Source of the DNA: the human T2T-CHM13v2.0 reference genome, Homo sapiens
DNA: 64,000 bases
NCBI RefSeq assembly: GCF_009914755.1
Contig: NC_060938.1
Direction: 5' to 3' (one strand)
In this document: positions 1-14,956 of the stretch, one piece after another
How the letters are laid out: each line of letters begins with the position of its first letter
Position numbering within the stretch: position 1 is the first letter of the stretch
Position numbers and translations under genes: made by a program
Notes under the pieces: generated by a model
Seen by the model: the letters and a program-made list of their open reading frames with translations, nothing else
Databases searched by the model: none
Told to the model about the DNA's origin: nothing

Positions 1-528
1 AAAAAAAAGGACATACCTGAGGTAAGATTACATGAGAGAATGGGAGGATGGGAAGGAGCAGGAAACATGGAATTAAGCCTTCCTGAGAATCAAGGTACTA
101 AAATATAGAGGAAAAGCCAATCATGATTTGTAATCAAGTATCCAAAATAGGTCTTTGGTGCAAACAGTGACAGTGTAATGTCAAAAAGAAATAGGTGCTG
201 AACATGGCAGTTCCAAAACTATTTCATTTAACACAGAGTTTACTCAATTTCAGCTTCTTGAGTAAGAAATTCCAGGACACACCTCACTTGCAAAATATTT
301 TTGATTCAGTATGTATACTAATTATTTTAATTTTATATCAATTCTTAACACATAATTGAAAGCTACAATTCTAAGAACTCATTCTAACAACATTCATTGT
401 TCATTATATTACCAAGATAATCTAACTATTGAGACTCTTTTTAAAGGCATCCATATGAGCTTGTACCCCAATAGCCAAATATATTATTATGAAGTTCCAA
501 GTTTTTTTTCTCCTATGTTATTATCATT

Positions 529-924
529 TGATATAGTTTACATATTTTTCCTGCCCAAATCTCATGTTGAATTGTAATTCCTAATATTGGAGGTGCAGCC
601 TGGTGGGAGGTGATCAGATCATGGGGGTGGATTTTTCATGAATGGTTTAGCACCATCCTCTTGGTGCTGTCCTCACAAAAGTGAGTAAGTTCTCATAAGA
701 TCTGGTTGTTTAAAATTGTGTGGCACCTCCTTCTCTCATGTGAAATGTTTGCTCCTGCTTCACCTTCTGCCATGAGTGAAAGCTTCCTGAGGCCTCCCCA
801 GAAGCAGATGCTGGTGCCATGCCTCCTATACAGGCTGTAGAACTGTGAGCCAATTAAACCTCTTTTTTATAAATTACCCAGTCTTGGGTATTTATTTATA
901 ATAAGGCAATAATGGACTAATACA
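529..924 (+). mobile_element. MST (MSTB-like) MaLR solo LTR
   Basis: TGATATAGTTT...GGACTAATACA termini; MST motifs CCAAATCTCATGTTGAATTGTAA and GAACTGTGAGCCAATTAAACCTCTT; 5-bp TSD TCATT/TCACT (1 mismatch). Confidence 0.9.
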
Positions 925-1062
925 TCACTTTATAATTAAAATATTATGTACTAAAGTTCTAACAATATCTCAAAACATAGCCAAGCTTAAAGCATATAAT
1001 ACATATATTTTAAGAGGTATTGGCAGATTGTTTGAATTCAGACACACAATTTGCGTACTCTA

Positions 1063-1360
<298 letters not shown>

Positions 1361-1362
<2 letters not shown>

Positions 1363-1591
1363 AGGGAAGGGGAGGGGAGGGGAGAGGAGGGGAAGGGAGG
1401 AGAGGGGAGGGGAGGGGAAGGGAGGAGAGGGGAGGGGAGGGGAAGGGAAGGGAAGGGAAGGGAAGGGAAGGGAAGGGAAGGGAAGGGAAGGGAAGGGAAA
1501 GGAAGAGGAAAGAGAGAAAGAGAGGGAGAGAAAGAAAGAAAGAGAAAAAAAGAAAGAAGAAAGAAAGAAAGAAAGAGAGAAAGAGAGAGAA
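1361..1591 (+). repeat. Polypurine repeat (GGGGA/AAGGG)n then (GAAA/GA)n, derived from the Alu tail
   Basis: Pyrimidine-free tract; pure (AAGGG)11 at 1443-1497. Confidence 0.95.
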
Positions 1592-2347
1592 AGAAAGGAT
1601 ACTCAGAAGATTATACATTGGAATTCCTTGTAATACCAGAGGATATAGAGTTTTAAGTGATTTATTTTCAAACAATTTGTTAACATGTAAAAATCACTGA
1701 ACATTATCTAATATCATTATTTTCCAAAGAAAATATTCATAGGAAGTGATTTCCACTTCCAAATATCATGGAGCGGCTTATAGTAGATCAAAAATAATAA
1801 AATAGACTTTTTTAAAAACCTGAAATAAGTTTATTTATTTTATAATATATATGTAGTAGATAATTATTTTTCCAAAGTTAATAGATTTCAAACTGGATGT
1901 TGACCCTTGCTTCATCAACAAAATAATAATAATAAGCTGTAGCTAAAAGCAATTAGGAGAAGCTGGACAATATGCAAAGACACAAGATGAAGGCATAGGA
2001 GAGCTTCTGAAACAGTCAAAACTTAGGAACAAACTTGTGGAGAAAAGGGAGCTTACCATGGCAATCCCAATTTTTTTAATATTTATTTTCTCTTTGTGGC
2101 ATCTGCCATAGAGCAAGAAGACGGAAGGGCAGATGAAGGCCAGCTGCTAATAGGCAGAGAAGTTTTAGGCAATCTCAAGAGACTAACAAGTAAAAAATTG
2201 TAGTTTTGTGGTAACAAAAAAGATAGAAATTTGAAAGACCTAGAATCCAAAGAAAAAGAATCAGGATTTGTACCACTCCACTCTTCAAGGAAGATACTAA
2301 CTAATTAAGCTGCATTGAACAATAGTCTAAGAGGCATTCAGGAAAAA

Positions 2348-2352
<5 letters not shown>

Positions 2353-2398
<46 letters not shown>
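2353..2398. repeat. (TA)23 microsatellite
   Basis: Direct read. Confidence 0.95.
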
Positions 2399-2402
<4 letters not shown>

Positions 2403-3641
2403 AGGACTGAATACTGGCATTCTCATGATCCTGTGAGAACTCTCAACTAGGATATCTAGAAAGCTATACCCTTGGAAAGAGGAATACTAAGACTTATGAA
2501 GGCAGAAAACCATCTACAGTCAGCTCAATTCATCATTAGATTGATATGTCCCATTCTTTTGCTCCCTGTCAGAGAAAGGAATGAATCTTCTCTGGAATGA
2601 GATAACAGATTGGCTCTTACAATCAAACAAAATGTCTATGATTCAATGAAAAAAAAAAAAGACAGTACAGTCTTGTTGAAGAAGGAGTCTCGAAAGAACA
2701 AGCAGACAATAGAAACAAACCCATAGGTGACACATATATTAGAGATAACAGACACATAATTTAAGATAAATTAATCAATAGCTTCAAGAAATGAAAGATG
2801 ACAGAGAAATTTACCACACAAATGAAACCTAAACAAAATCAGATAAAAAATATAAATCTAAAACTATAGTCACTTAAACTCATATGTTAAAAGATAAGCT
2901 TAACAGTAGTTTGGAAAGAGCTAAAATAGGGATTACAACACTGGAAGGTAGCTCAGTAGAAAATATTGAGACTGATGTGGAGTAAAATGAATGGAAAGTA
3001 CAGAAAAGAGCATAAGACATATGTGGGTCATGATAGAAAGGTCTATCATGTATGTTAACTTGAGTGCTGGAAAGAGAGCAGAGGGAGAATGTGGCAAATG
3101 CAATATCGCAGAGACTTTTACCAAGAATTTCTCAATGCTGAAGAAAAACTGCAAGCACAAATTCAGAACATCCTGTGTACCTGAAGTAGAATAAATATAA
3201 AGAAAACTACACAAAGAAAATCACAATGAGATACTTCTGCATAAAACTAGCAAAATGTATGGACAAGGAGAAAAACCTTAAGAGTGCCCAGAGGGTGAAA
3301 ATACCATTTCTTTCAAAGAAGTGGAAGGGACAATAGAAACCAGGAGGTAATGCCATATCTTTAAAGTGCTTAAAGGGGAAAAAAATCCCTACTAAAGTAG
3401 AATTTTAGACTCAGATAATATGTCCTCCAAAAATGAAAGAATATAAAAACTAAGATTAATTATTAGCAGTAGACACAAAATAAAGAAAATAGTAAAGTAT
3501 TTCTTTGAGCAAAATGAAAAAGAACCCAGAAGCAAATAGAAAAATGCAGAGAGAAGTGAAGATCAATGGAAATGGTAAATATGCATGTATATCTGAAAAT
3601 ACATAATACCTACAAAAAGAAATAAAGTACTTTGTGGTTTA

Positions 3642-4415
<774 letters not shown>

Positions 4416-7388
4416 AAAATAGATTATCTTAAATAAGAGTATGAGTTGCAATCTCTTGGGAAATCAATAAAAATATGTGAAGTATAATTACTAAACTAGC
4501 CAAATATGAGAGTGGATTCATGAAAAATTTAATTAGTGCGAAACAAGGAAACAACAGAAACAAAGTAAGTTAATGCAATAGAAAATTAATTGTAGTATGG
4601 TAAATATAAATTCAAATGTATCAGCAGTTACATTAAATATAAATGGACTAAATACAACATTGTAAAAACAAAGATGTGAGATTATTTTTAAAAGCTCTAC
4701 TTTACGCTATTAAAACACACACACACAAACACATATGCCCTTAAATACCACAGAGCGGATGAAAGTAACGGATGGAAAAACAACTCAAAAATATGAATCA
4801 AAATAAAACTGATGTTGCTACAATGATATCAAACAAGGTAAACATTCAGGCAGCCTAATTTTATTAAAGACAAAGAGCATATTTTAATGATAAAAGGGTT
4901 AGTACCTGAGAAAAATACAGTGGTTTAAAATTTATACATCTACCTATCTAATGACATTGCTTCAAGCATATGAAACAAAAGAAATTGACAGAAATAGAAA
5001 GAAAATGAACAAATCAACAATCATAGTGGGAAATTTTAACATATTTCTCTAAGAAATGATAAATGGACAAAATATCAGTAAGGATACAGATGATTTTAGC
5101 AAGAAAATAAACACTCACGATGTAACTGACTTATTTAAAACATTGTGTTCAAAGGTGATAGGTATTCTTTCAAGTGCATGTGGAATGTATGCTAAAACAG
5201 ATCATGTTTTATTCAATGTTGTTATAGGTTCAACACATTTCTGAGAATTAAAATCATAGTGCATTCTCTGATCTTATTGCTGTTGATTAGAAACTGAATT
5301 TTTTAAGTAGAAAATCCACAGATGTTCGAAAATTAATCAATGCACTTCTAGAAATAGAATAAAATTTCCTAATAATATATACAGATATTAATAGGTATCT
5401 ACATAAAACTCATAATTAGTATCATACATAAACACAGAAACTTTTCTCCATGAGGTTGGAACAAGACAAAGATGTCCATTAATGCCTCTTCAGTTCAATA
5501 TCTAGCGAGAGTTAAGCAAGAAAAATAACTGGAAGATATAAGGATTAGAAAACAAAAGAAAAAATGACATTATTGGCAGATGATGTAACTCTATATGTAT
5601 AAAACTCAAAGGCTTCTACAGTAAACCAATTAATATTTATAAATAAATTTAGCAAGAGAACTGAAGGAATAGTCAATATTTACAAATCAATTGTACTTTT
5701 AAATACCACTAACAGACAATTAGAAAATGAAATTTTAAAAATATACATACAATTTGCAACAGCATCCAAAGAAAGCAAATACCAAAAGAAAAAAATCTAA
5801 TAAAATATGCATAAGATCTGCACAGGTAAAATCAAAAAAAAATTACTGAGAGAAATTAAAGACTATAAAAACTACAAATGAAAGGATTTACCATGTTTCT
5901 GAACAGAATACAATGCTGAAAAGATAGCATTTCTTTCAAAAATGATATATAGATTCAATCAAAATTCTAGCAGATATTTTTAAATATGGAAATCCACAAG
6001 ATAATTTTAAAATCCATATGGAAATGTAAAGGGATAAGAATAACCAAGATCATCTTGAAGAAGAACAAATTCAACAGAGATATAACCCTGGAAATCAAGA
6101 CTTAATAAAATATATAGTAATTAAGACAGTGTATACACAGAGAAAGGAGACAGTGTACACAAGGAGAACCTAAAGACAAATCTGCACAAATATGTAGTCT
6201 CTTGCTTTATGACAAAAGTGAAACTGCACTGGAATATTGAAAGAATTTTCTTCTCTATAAATACTGCTGAGCAAATTGGTTATACAAAAAGAAAAAATAT
6301 ATAAAGGACCTTACCTTTCAGCATACACAGAAATCAATTCAGGTGCTTTGTAGACATAAAAATGAATGGTAAAAATACATTTCCAAAAAATAAGAATATA
6401 TTGTTATGCTCTTGGATAAGTAAAGCTATTTTTAACAGTACACAAAATGCACTAACCATTAAGGAAGACCACATTAAAATTAGGAGATTATATTCATCCA
6501 AAGACATCATTAAGAAAGTCAAAAAAAAGCAAACCATAGACTGGAAAGAGATGTTTGCAAGGCACATGTTTCAAAAGAACACATATCCAGAATATACCAA
6601 CTACTACACCACCAGAAGAAAAAAGACAACTCAAAAAAGAAACGAGCAACGGAGTTGATCAGATATTTCACAAAAGGTAATATCCATGGCTAATAAATGT
6701 AGGTAAAGTGGTCAAATTTTATTAGTTGTCAAAGGGGTGCAAATTAAAATTACAGTGAGATATCACTATATATCCACCAAAATGGATAAAATTGAAGAGA
6801 ATGACAACACCAAACCCTGGTGAGGATATAGAGCAACATCAGACGTTGCTGGTACAAGCATTAAAAAGTACAACTGCTTCAGAAAATTATTTGATCAAAT
6901 CTACCACAGTTGAACAAACATACACCTTATTACACAGCATTTCCACTCCTAGGTATATTCAACAGAAATGTGTACTTGTGTGCCCAAATCACATGAAGAA
7001 GATTAACAGCAGCCAACAATTAAAGACAACCCATGTCTATCAAAAGTCGGGTTTAATGAATTTTAGTATATTTATGTGATGAAATATTCTACTGCAATGA
7101 AAAGGAATGAACTGCAATTACACAACACAATATAGGTACAACAAAGCGCATATGATACGTTACTACTTATATAAAGGTCAGCAACATAAAACTAATTGAA
7201 AGATAAAAGAATCAAGACAACAATTTCTTTTGGAGGGGGTAATGACAAAATGTGAGAAAGGGGAGGTTCTTATATGCTAATAATGTTCTATTTCTTGAAC
7301 TTACTGAGTATTACACAGATATGTTCCCTTTTTAAAAGTATTTAATAATATGTACATTTTCATTTGTGCATTTTTAATGTCTTATTTC

Positions 7389-7689
7389 TTTCTTTCTTTT
7401 TTTTTTTTTTTTGAGACAGAGTCGCGCTCTATCGCCCAGGCTGGAGTGCAATGGCATGATCTCGGCTCACTGCAACCTCCACCTCCTGGGTTCCGGTGAT
7501 TCGTGCCTCAGCCTCCCGAGTAGCTAGGACTACAGGCACGCACCACCGTGCCCGACTAATTTTTGTTTTTCAGTAGAGACGGGATTTCACTGTGTTGGCC
7601 AGGGTGGTCTTGATCTCTTGACCTCGTGATTCACCTGCCTCAGCTTCCCAAAGTGTTGGGATTACAGGTGTAAGCTACTGCGCCCAGGC
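7389..7689 (-). mobile_element. AluS (Sc-like)
   Basis: Poly(T) followed by reverse Alu; TSD TTTAATGTCTTATTTC/TTTAATGTTTTATTTC. Confidence 0.95.
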
Positions 7690-8040
7690 TTTAATGTTTT
7701 ATTTCAACAAAAAATTTACTTAACACAAAACAAACTGCAGGGCTGATGAAAATATAGTTCAGAAGAAAAGTTTTAGCTTCATCTTTTCCTCTCTTCACTG
7801 ACCTGCTATACCAGTAAAGATATTGTCCCAAAATTTTAAGTTCTATATTGGCTTCATGGAGACTTTAGTCTTCAATTTTACTTATGGTAAAGAGAGGTTA
7901 AGGACATCAGTTCATACGTACCACCACAATAATAACTTCAAGTGAAAGCCACTATAAACCACAATAGAACACTTACATGTCTTAATTTTTATATGGTTGT
8001 ACTTTTTTCCCCTTAAATCTCTAAGTTATTTTATTGAGAA

Positions 8041-8378
8041 CAGTCATGTGTCATCTAGTGACAGACATGCAGTCAGAGAACTGCATCATTAGGCAATTTC
8101 ATTGTTACAGGAACATCATAGTGTGTACTCACAGAAACCTGGATGGTATAGCCTACGACTCACCTGGGCTATATGCCATAGAGTGTTGCTCCTAAGCTAC
8201 AAACCTGTACGGCATGTTACTGTACTGAATACCATAGGCAACTGCAACACAGTAGTAAGTATGTGTGTATCTACACATAGGAAAGGTACAGTAAACATCT
8301 GATATTATAATCTTTTGGGACCACTGTTATATATGTGGTCCATCATTGGCTGAAATGTCTTTATGTGATGCATAACTG
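8041..8378 (+). mobile_element. Tigger3a/MER7-type TcMar DNA transposon (non-autonomous)
   Basis: CAGTCATGTGTCA...TGCATAACTG terminal inverted repeats; GCTACAAACCTGTACGGCATGTTACTGTACTGAATAC core; paralogous to 39818-40129. Confidence 0.85.
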
Positions 8379-9861
8379 CAATTGTCTTTTACTGTGTCCT
8401 TGCCACGTGCTTATGAAGTGAATAGAGAAAGATATTATCTGTCTCACAAGGCAAGACAAAATGAACCAAAACCACCACCAAAACCCATTTGGATTTTTAC
8501 TAAAAAGAGGGTGATTGATTGATTCTGCACTTGTTTTATGGCCTTACCAACTCACACACATAATTTCTGCTTTGACCTAATCTGCTAAACACAGACTCAT
8601 CTAGTCATGCCCAGAGACTAGTTTCTAGCATCTCCTTCAGTGAAGAATTCTATGAATATTTGTTTGAAACACAAAATGCTTTGGACAGCTGTCCACATTT
8701 CTCTCCAGAGCTGTTTTTCAGGGCTCCTTCATTTCTCCTAATTACATCAAGTGGAAAGCCCGAATGACGTGCTAATCAGCATTCAACACCTTACATACTT
8801 ACATCCATAGCTTTACTAGGAGAGTAACTATTTTTTTTTTCTAAAGAGAGAGGATACGACCTGCCTCCTGATGCAGAATTCTTATAGCTACATCAGCGAG
8901 AAAGAGAAGTGAACTACTTGTTCTTAAGGAACTGAAGATTGTTACATTCATACTGGACTGCCATGCAATGTGTGCAAAACTGGTAACAATTTTCCAAAAA
9001 TTATAGGGGTATTCTGATGATAGTAACCTCATCCTCCCGAGAACAGAAGAGCTGGGGCATTTCTGAAAGGATTAATGGGACCAATTTGCCTTATCTCAAG
9101 AGATTGATGTATTCTCTCTGATTATGCTACAGTAGACTGAGAATTGACTTCTCTAAAGGGTAGTTGGTTCTAGGAGTGATCCAAATCTATAATTCTATCT
9201 TATGAAATTCTACAGGCTTTCTTTAAAAGGCTTATAATTCCTTGACTTCAATAAGGGGAATTCTCATTTTCTAACATATCTATGAACCACATCATTAATA
9301 CAATCATCTATTTCTCCCCAATTTTAGGCACCTAAATTGGGGAGGGAATAGAGCAACATGGTGCTCTATTAAATCTAAATCTAAATTAAATCACATTTCC
9401 ATTAAGGAAATGAGATTCAGTTCAATGTAACGGCTGTCATGAAATCTAGGCTGGGAAGTGGAATCAAACTTACTTTTCCTAATTTTAAGTCCAATGTGTT
9501 CATCCTAGTATTTTCTAAATTGTATGATATTAACAAGAATATCAGCTGTGAGACAGGAATTACAAGTGAGATCATGCAAGCTCAGAGCTTGAGAACTTTG
9601 ACCACTTGGTCTTCTTGGTTTGTTTTACTTCTATACATCCCTACCATCCATGCTGCATATCCCCTAAGAAAATCTTAAGACTAACGTTACTGATATTCTA
9701 AGAAAAGCATAATCTTCTGCTATACTTTCAGAATTCAGTCCAAATTTCACATCTGAAGATCATGGTGAACTAACTTCTCTCATTCTCTCATCTTTGCCTA
9801 TCATGGTGGTCCATCTAGTTTTGGCTCTACCAACTATTTCACTCAACTGGAGGAGATATTT

Positions 9862-9901
9862 ACACATACACATACACACACACACATACACACACACACA
9901 C
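9862..9901. repeat. (CA)n imperfect microsatellite
   Basis: Direct read. Confidence 0.9.
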
Positions 9902-12475
9902 GTGCTTGCACCTTTCTGGGATATGACTGGTTGATTAGAGGAAAATATTCAAAGATATTAGATGTGTTTAATTAGGATTCCACATGCGCCTATTATTTTA
10001 AGATGAGAAATAAAATGCTCTCTGAGAAGCCTTATCTAAAATTTGAATGGAATTTCCAAGTCATTCTGTTCTTGGTTATTGTGATAGTTCAATGTTGTGG
10101 AAATCATTACAAATTCTGTTTTGCTACTATAAAGAAGGATGAGACCTTGAAATGAATGAATAAATCTTCCAGATTTTAAGTTATTAGACCTTCAACTTTT
10201 ACTCACAAAATCTATTACTGTAAATAATAAACATGAACAATCAAACAGCACTATAGTCTTTCATCCCAGAATTTATTTCAAGCATATCATTGATAATAGA
10301 AATACCTTTATATACTCAAAATACTTTTTGAAGGAATCTCATAACCAACCTGAAGAAGGAATGAATTACTTATTAGTATCTTGCCCCTGAAATTTTAAAA
10401 ATGACCTTTGAAAGATATTTCCAAGTCAACCAAGACCAACATATGAGAAATAACTAGGGGTAAATTGATTTTTGTCACCCAAATTCTTTTGCAGTTAAAA
10501 TAGCTTCTCACTCACCTACATATCAGGGTTTCCCTCATGCTGTGGATCTTGAATATTGATTTTCATATAAACATTTTTTAAAAATGATGTTCTGAATTAT
10601 AAGAAATGTAAACTCTTTAGGTATTTGAAATTGAAAAGAGTTGAGAAGAGTTGCTTTTAGAAAGAGCAAAGAGGACAAGTGAAAAATTTAAAAATGGAAT
10701 GAATGGAATTTAAAAATGCAAATGAGTGAATCATATTTTTCAGAGAAGCCAGATGTCCACTTACTTCCATGTTACAAATCAGTCTAAAGGCTTATTTGTA
10801 AGGAAAGGTTTACACAATAAAAACAAAATGATGTATTTAGAAAAACAGTCTATTGATCCATCTGGTTTCAATGTCTATATAAGAAAGAAGGAAAAAGATG
10901 GCATTTTGGTTAACGTTACCTCAATTATCAAGACTAGAGTTACTGAATCTTCCTTCAAGAAGATCGTGAATAGACATTACTTTTTTTGCAAAATTTCTTT
11001 GTGTGTACTTCATAAACATTTTCTGTAAAGAAGGACCACAGGGTTTATAAAGAATTGTATTTCCAAAAAGGTTTAAGAACCTCTGCTTCTCTAGCCCAAA
11101 TATCTACATTATGAGATCGCATTGTTTGCACCTTTTTTAAGATAGATACTACCAAAAGACACAAGTATGGTGTTTTTTAAGAAGTCAAACATCCTGCAAG
11201 TAAAACTTTTTTTTTTTTGTAATCGTTCAATTTGATGAGTTCAATCAATACCCTTTGGAAATGGGAAAAGGAGTAGAAATGACAAAGTACTTAATTACAA
11301 ATTATTATTATAATCATTTATCCTCATAAATGATCATATAAAAAGCCACATACACCAGGCAAAAATAAATCTTAAAATCATTATGATACTTTAAAATAGT
11401 TTTACAATAATATGGCTAAGGGCTTTGGTATTTGCATTAACAAATACTCAAATCAGTTAACTATATTTGTTCCAGTCCAGCCAAATAAATAAATACATAA
11501 ATAAGCAGAATAGAAATATTTACTGCTAACTATGCAAACATCATTTCAAGTAACTGAATTACAGAATTTAACAGTATCATATCACTTGAAAATTTGTGAA
11601 TGGGAGCATCATAAGAGAAAAAAGAAAGTATGCATCCCCACGGTTCTTCAAACAATTCAAAGTTGGCCAAAATGTATACTACAGATTCTATTACTTGTAT
11701 TTTTTTATTTGAATGCTCTGTTAGAAAGTTATACTTCAAATTTCTTAATGTATTATCATTATCATTATTTCACTGTTCTATTTTTTAAAAGGTTTACATA
11801 GCAGAGAAGAAATGGAGAATTATCAATTACTGAGAAAATGTGGGTTGAAGACAGCCAACACTTATTAGTAAGGCTCCTTCACGCCCACACCCATATAATC
11901 CACCAGGTACTGTTATCTCATCAAAATTAAGTATATTTTCCAGCTCATTTGACGAGATTTAGTTCAACTTTTTGCTTTATATGAATAGACTTTGTCTAAA
12001 TAAAAATTTTAAATAAGGGGGTTAGATAATGATCCTTGCCTAATATGGTATTTCTAAAATGCTTCTTTGTTTGAGTTGAGGTATTAGAACAATCCTTTTT
12101 TGCCATCTGTACTTATATACAATTTATTAGAATCAAGAAAACATAATAAACTTAATAAATGACCGGTCTGGGTAGTGTTTCATTTCTAAAGCTTCAGAAT
12201 AGTTATGGAAGCTAAGTAAAAGAAGAAATCCACTTTTTACTTAATTAGTAACTAGGGCAGTCATTTCATACAGGAAACAGGAGCTCAGTAAATGCTTCTC
12301 TCAAGGGGGTGATAATATATATTCATACTGTACACAAGAAACAGCGATCTTGTTGGTAAGGATACAATCTTATTTGGTCAGGAAATAAACTCGAAGCCTT
12401 ATTTGAACCTATTATTTTCTGAAATCACCAAACCATGCAATATGACTTGGGCTTATAATAGTGGATCATCTAAAT

Positions 12476-12633
12476 CCTTGCTTCCCACAATGGGTCTGCG
12501 GAGAGTAGCATAAGCATCACCTTTGAGCTTGTTTGAAATGCAAATACTCCCACCCACCTGAGGCCTATGGAATCAGTATCTTCAATATAACAAGATTAGG
12601 GGGATTTGTACAGATTAAATATCAGAAGCCCTT
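12476..12633. mobile_element. MER5A1-like hAT-Charlie MITE
   Basis: GCATCACCTTTGAGCTTGTTTGAAATGCA...AACAAGAT; flanked by Charlie-type target 8-mers ATCTAAAT and GTCTAGAT. Confidence 0.75.
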
Positions 12634-12641
12634 GTCTAGAT

Positions 12642-12792
12642 AAGTGATTCCCCAAGTGTGATTCTAAACCAACAGCATCAGCATCATCTATGGGTCTGTA
12701 AAAAATGAAAATTAATCGGTCCTACCCCAGGCCTACTGCTTTAACAAGTTCTTCAGGTAGTTCTTAAACACATTATAGTTTGATAATCACTG
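12642..12792. mobile_element. MER5A-like hAT-Charlie MITE
   Basis: AGCATCAGCATCATC...CCCCAGGCCTACTG...AGTTTGATAATCACTG; flanked by GTCTAGAT and ACCTAGAT. Confidence 0.75.
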
Positions 12793-13404
12793 ACCTAGAT
12801 CATTAAATTCTGATTTTGTTTCAAATATGTTCTGTGTACCAAGCTCTCCTGCTACCTGCTTCTTTTTCACACCTACTAGAAAAAGAATCCTTCTAACACA
12901 TTGTATAATGGGAAAAAAATTTTTGAGTATTTAACTGTTCTTGGATAGCCCTAGAATTACTCAACTATTTAAAATAATTTGAGTATAGATTTCTCTTCTT
13001 GGGCTTATTAATATTCCATTATCTTTCCTGTTATCTCAGAAAAATATCATAATAATTTACATATATTTACTTTTCATGCACATACACATGGAGATATATT
13101 ATTTTTTAAATGGAGGTATTGAACGAGTGGAAAGTAGTCATGATATTAACCATACACCTACATTTAGTACTTATTGTTTTTCCCCTCCCTTCCTATGTAA
13201 TGTAAAAGAGACAAGAAAGCAAGCCAATACCAAAACAAAATGATAGAAGCAGAGCTTTACGATAATGTATGTTTTTGAAGCCATGGAAAGTGTTAAAGCC
13301 AAAGACCTTCTAAAAAACATTAATTAACTTTGAGCCTTCCTGTGGCAATCTTCAGTCTACTGACAAGAGTTTGAAGTGGTCCCATCTTTATCGTCAATCT
13401 AGTT

Positions 13405-13680
13405 CAGCAATCACCTCCTGTATGAATCTTCTAGCCTCTCTGAGGCAAGTTAGGAGCAACTCCTCCAACTTCCCATAAAAATGTTGGCACATTTTTATCA
13501 TAGCGCTGGCTGTGTTGTGTTGTTGCCTTTGTTTTATATCCTCATTCACCAGATGATCAGTATTTTGAAGTTTTGAAACTATATCTTAGTGGTTTCTGAA
13601 TTACTGACAGACAAGATAGACATGCCCTTTAGTCAATACTCGGTATTATTTTTGAGTGAACAAATGAGCAAATGAATGAA
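13405..13680 (+). mobile_element. L2 3' end fragment
   Basis: Ends in TTTTGAGTGAACAAATGAGCAAATGAATGAA, the L2 tail. Confidence 0.55.
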
Positions 13681-14916
13681 ACCATCATAGTAAATATAAT
13701 ATATCCTCTTGGGGAATAAGAGCTCAAATAACAATGAAAAAAAAATCAGGTATCAGCAATAATCTTGCATCACTTGTTATGTCAACAGTGTTAGAATATC
13801 GTTTGCCTTGTACCCATGTAGGCACTTTTGACAACTATAGCTGTGACACAGAATCATCCAATACCAGTATCCCAAAAGACCTGAAATATAATCAAATGGA
13901 TGCTATGAATTTCTGCTAATGAGGCAATACAAAGCCCTAATTAAATGACTTGCTCAAATTTGTATTGCATGTTATTGAAAAAAACAGAAATAACCTATTT
14001 ATTTTCCCATTGCCCAACACTGCCACTTAAAAGATCGTGAAATAACTTAACTTACCAATTATGTGCCTTTCACACTTAAATAACTATGAAAATTATGATG
14101 TATTTCATCTGATGTTTTATATCTGTAAATAAAAAATTACACTGTCCCATCATTACTATCCTGCTCCATCTTACCATTTGGAACAGACTTGTTCCTTGTC
14201 TGTTTTAGGGTATCCTTGAGAAATTTCAAGGCCCCATTTCACTTTATAAAGCCCCTTCCTCCCTCAGTACCCATGAATAAATCTCCTTAGTGTTAAAGAA
14301 GTTGTGCATACATGCCAAGAAGGGAACAGACAACTTAACACTGCCTGGGAGGAGGATTTCCTTTCCATGCTTTGGTCTCAGGCAAGCTTTTATAACGTTG
14401 GATGACCTTTTGCTCCAGAATACTCAGTCTATTGTACAATGACTTCCTTTTCTTGGATATAGAACGAAGAGATCAGGCTTCAAATCTTTGAGGTGGAGCA
14501 TCAGAAATTTACCATATGAAAAATCCCGAAGATCTCTGAAGCCAGAGAATCAACATCGTTAACAGTGCCATGTCTTACCCAACAATTACCTCCTTCCACA
14601 TTTTAGCTTATTTTAGTTGCAGAAGGCTAGTCAAGTGTCATGTCTGAAGAAATGCAGATAAATAGGAAAACAGGAAAAAGAGAAATGTGGTCACGGTGAA
14701 GAAAATAATGAATACAAACTCGTCCTTATGCATATAATCAGTCATTAATTTGATTATACATTTATTCTTTTTGCTTCTTAGACTTTCTTAGTGATAATGT
14801 TTACATAAATCTTTTGTACAGGTGATAAAATTAGTTCAAGAAACAGTATCCCCGGGACTGAAATAAATATTTCAGGTTAAATATATTCAAAGTGTTTCTC
14901 ATTGAGCTAAAGGCAA

Positions 14917-14920
<4 letters not shown>

Positions 14921-14955
<35 letters not shown>
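14921..14955. repeat. (GT)17 microsatellite
   Basis: Direct read. Confidence 0.95.
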
Positions 14956-14956
<1 letters not shown>

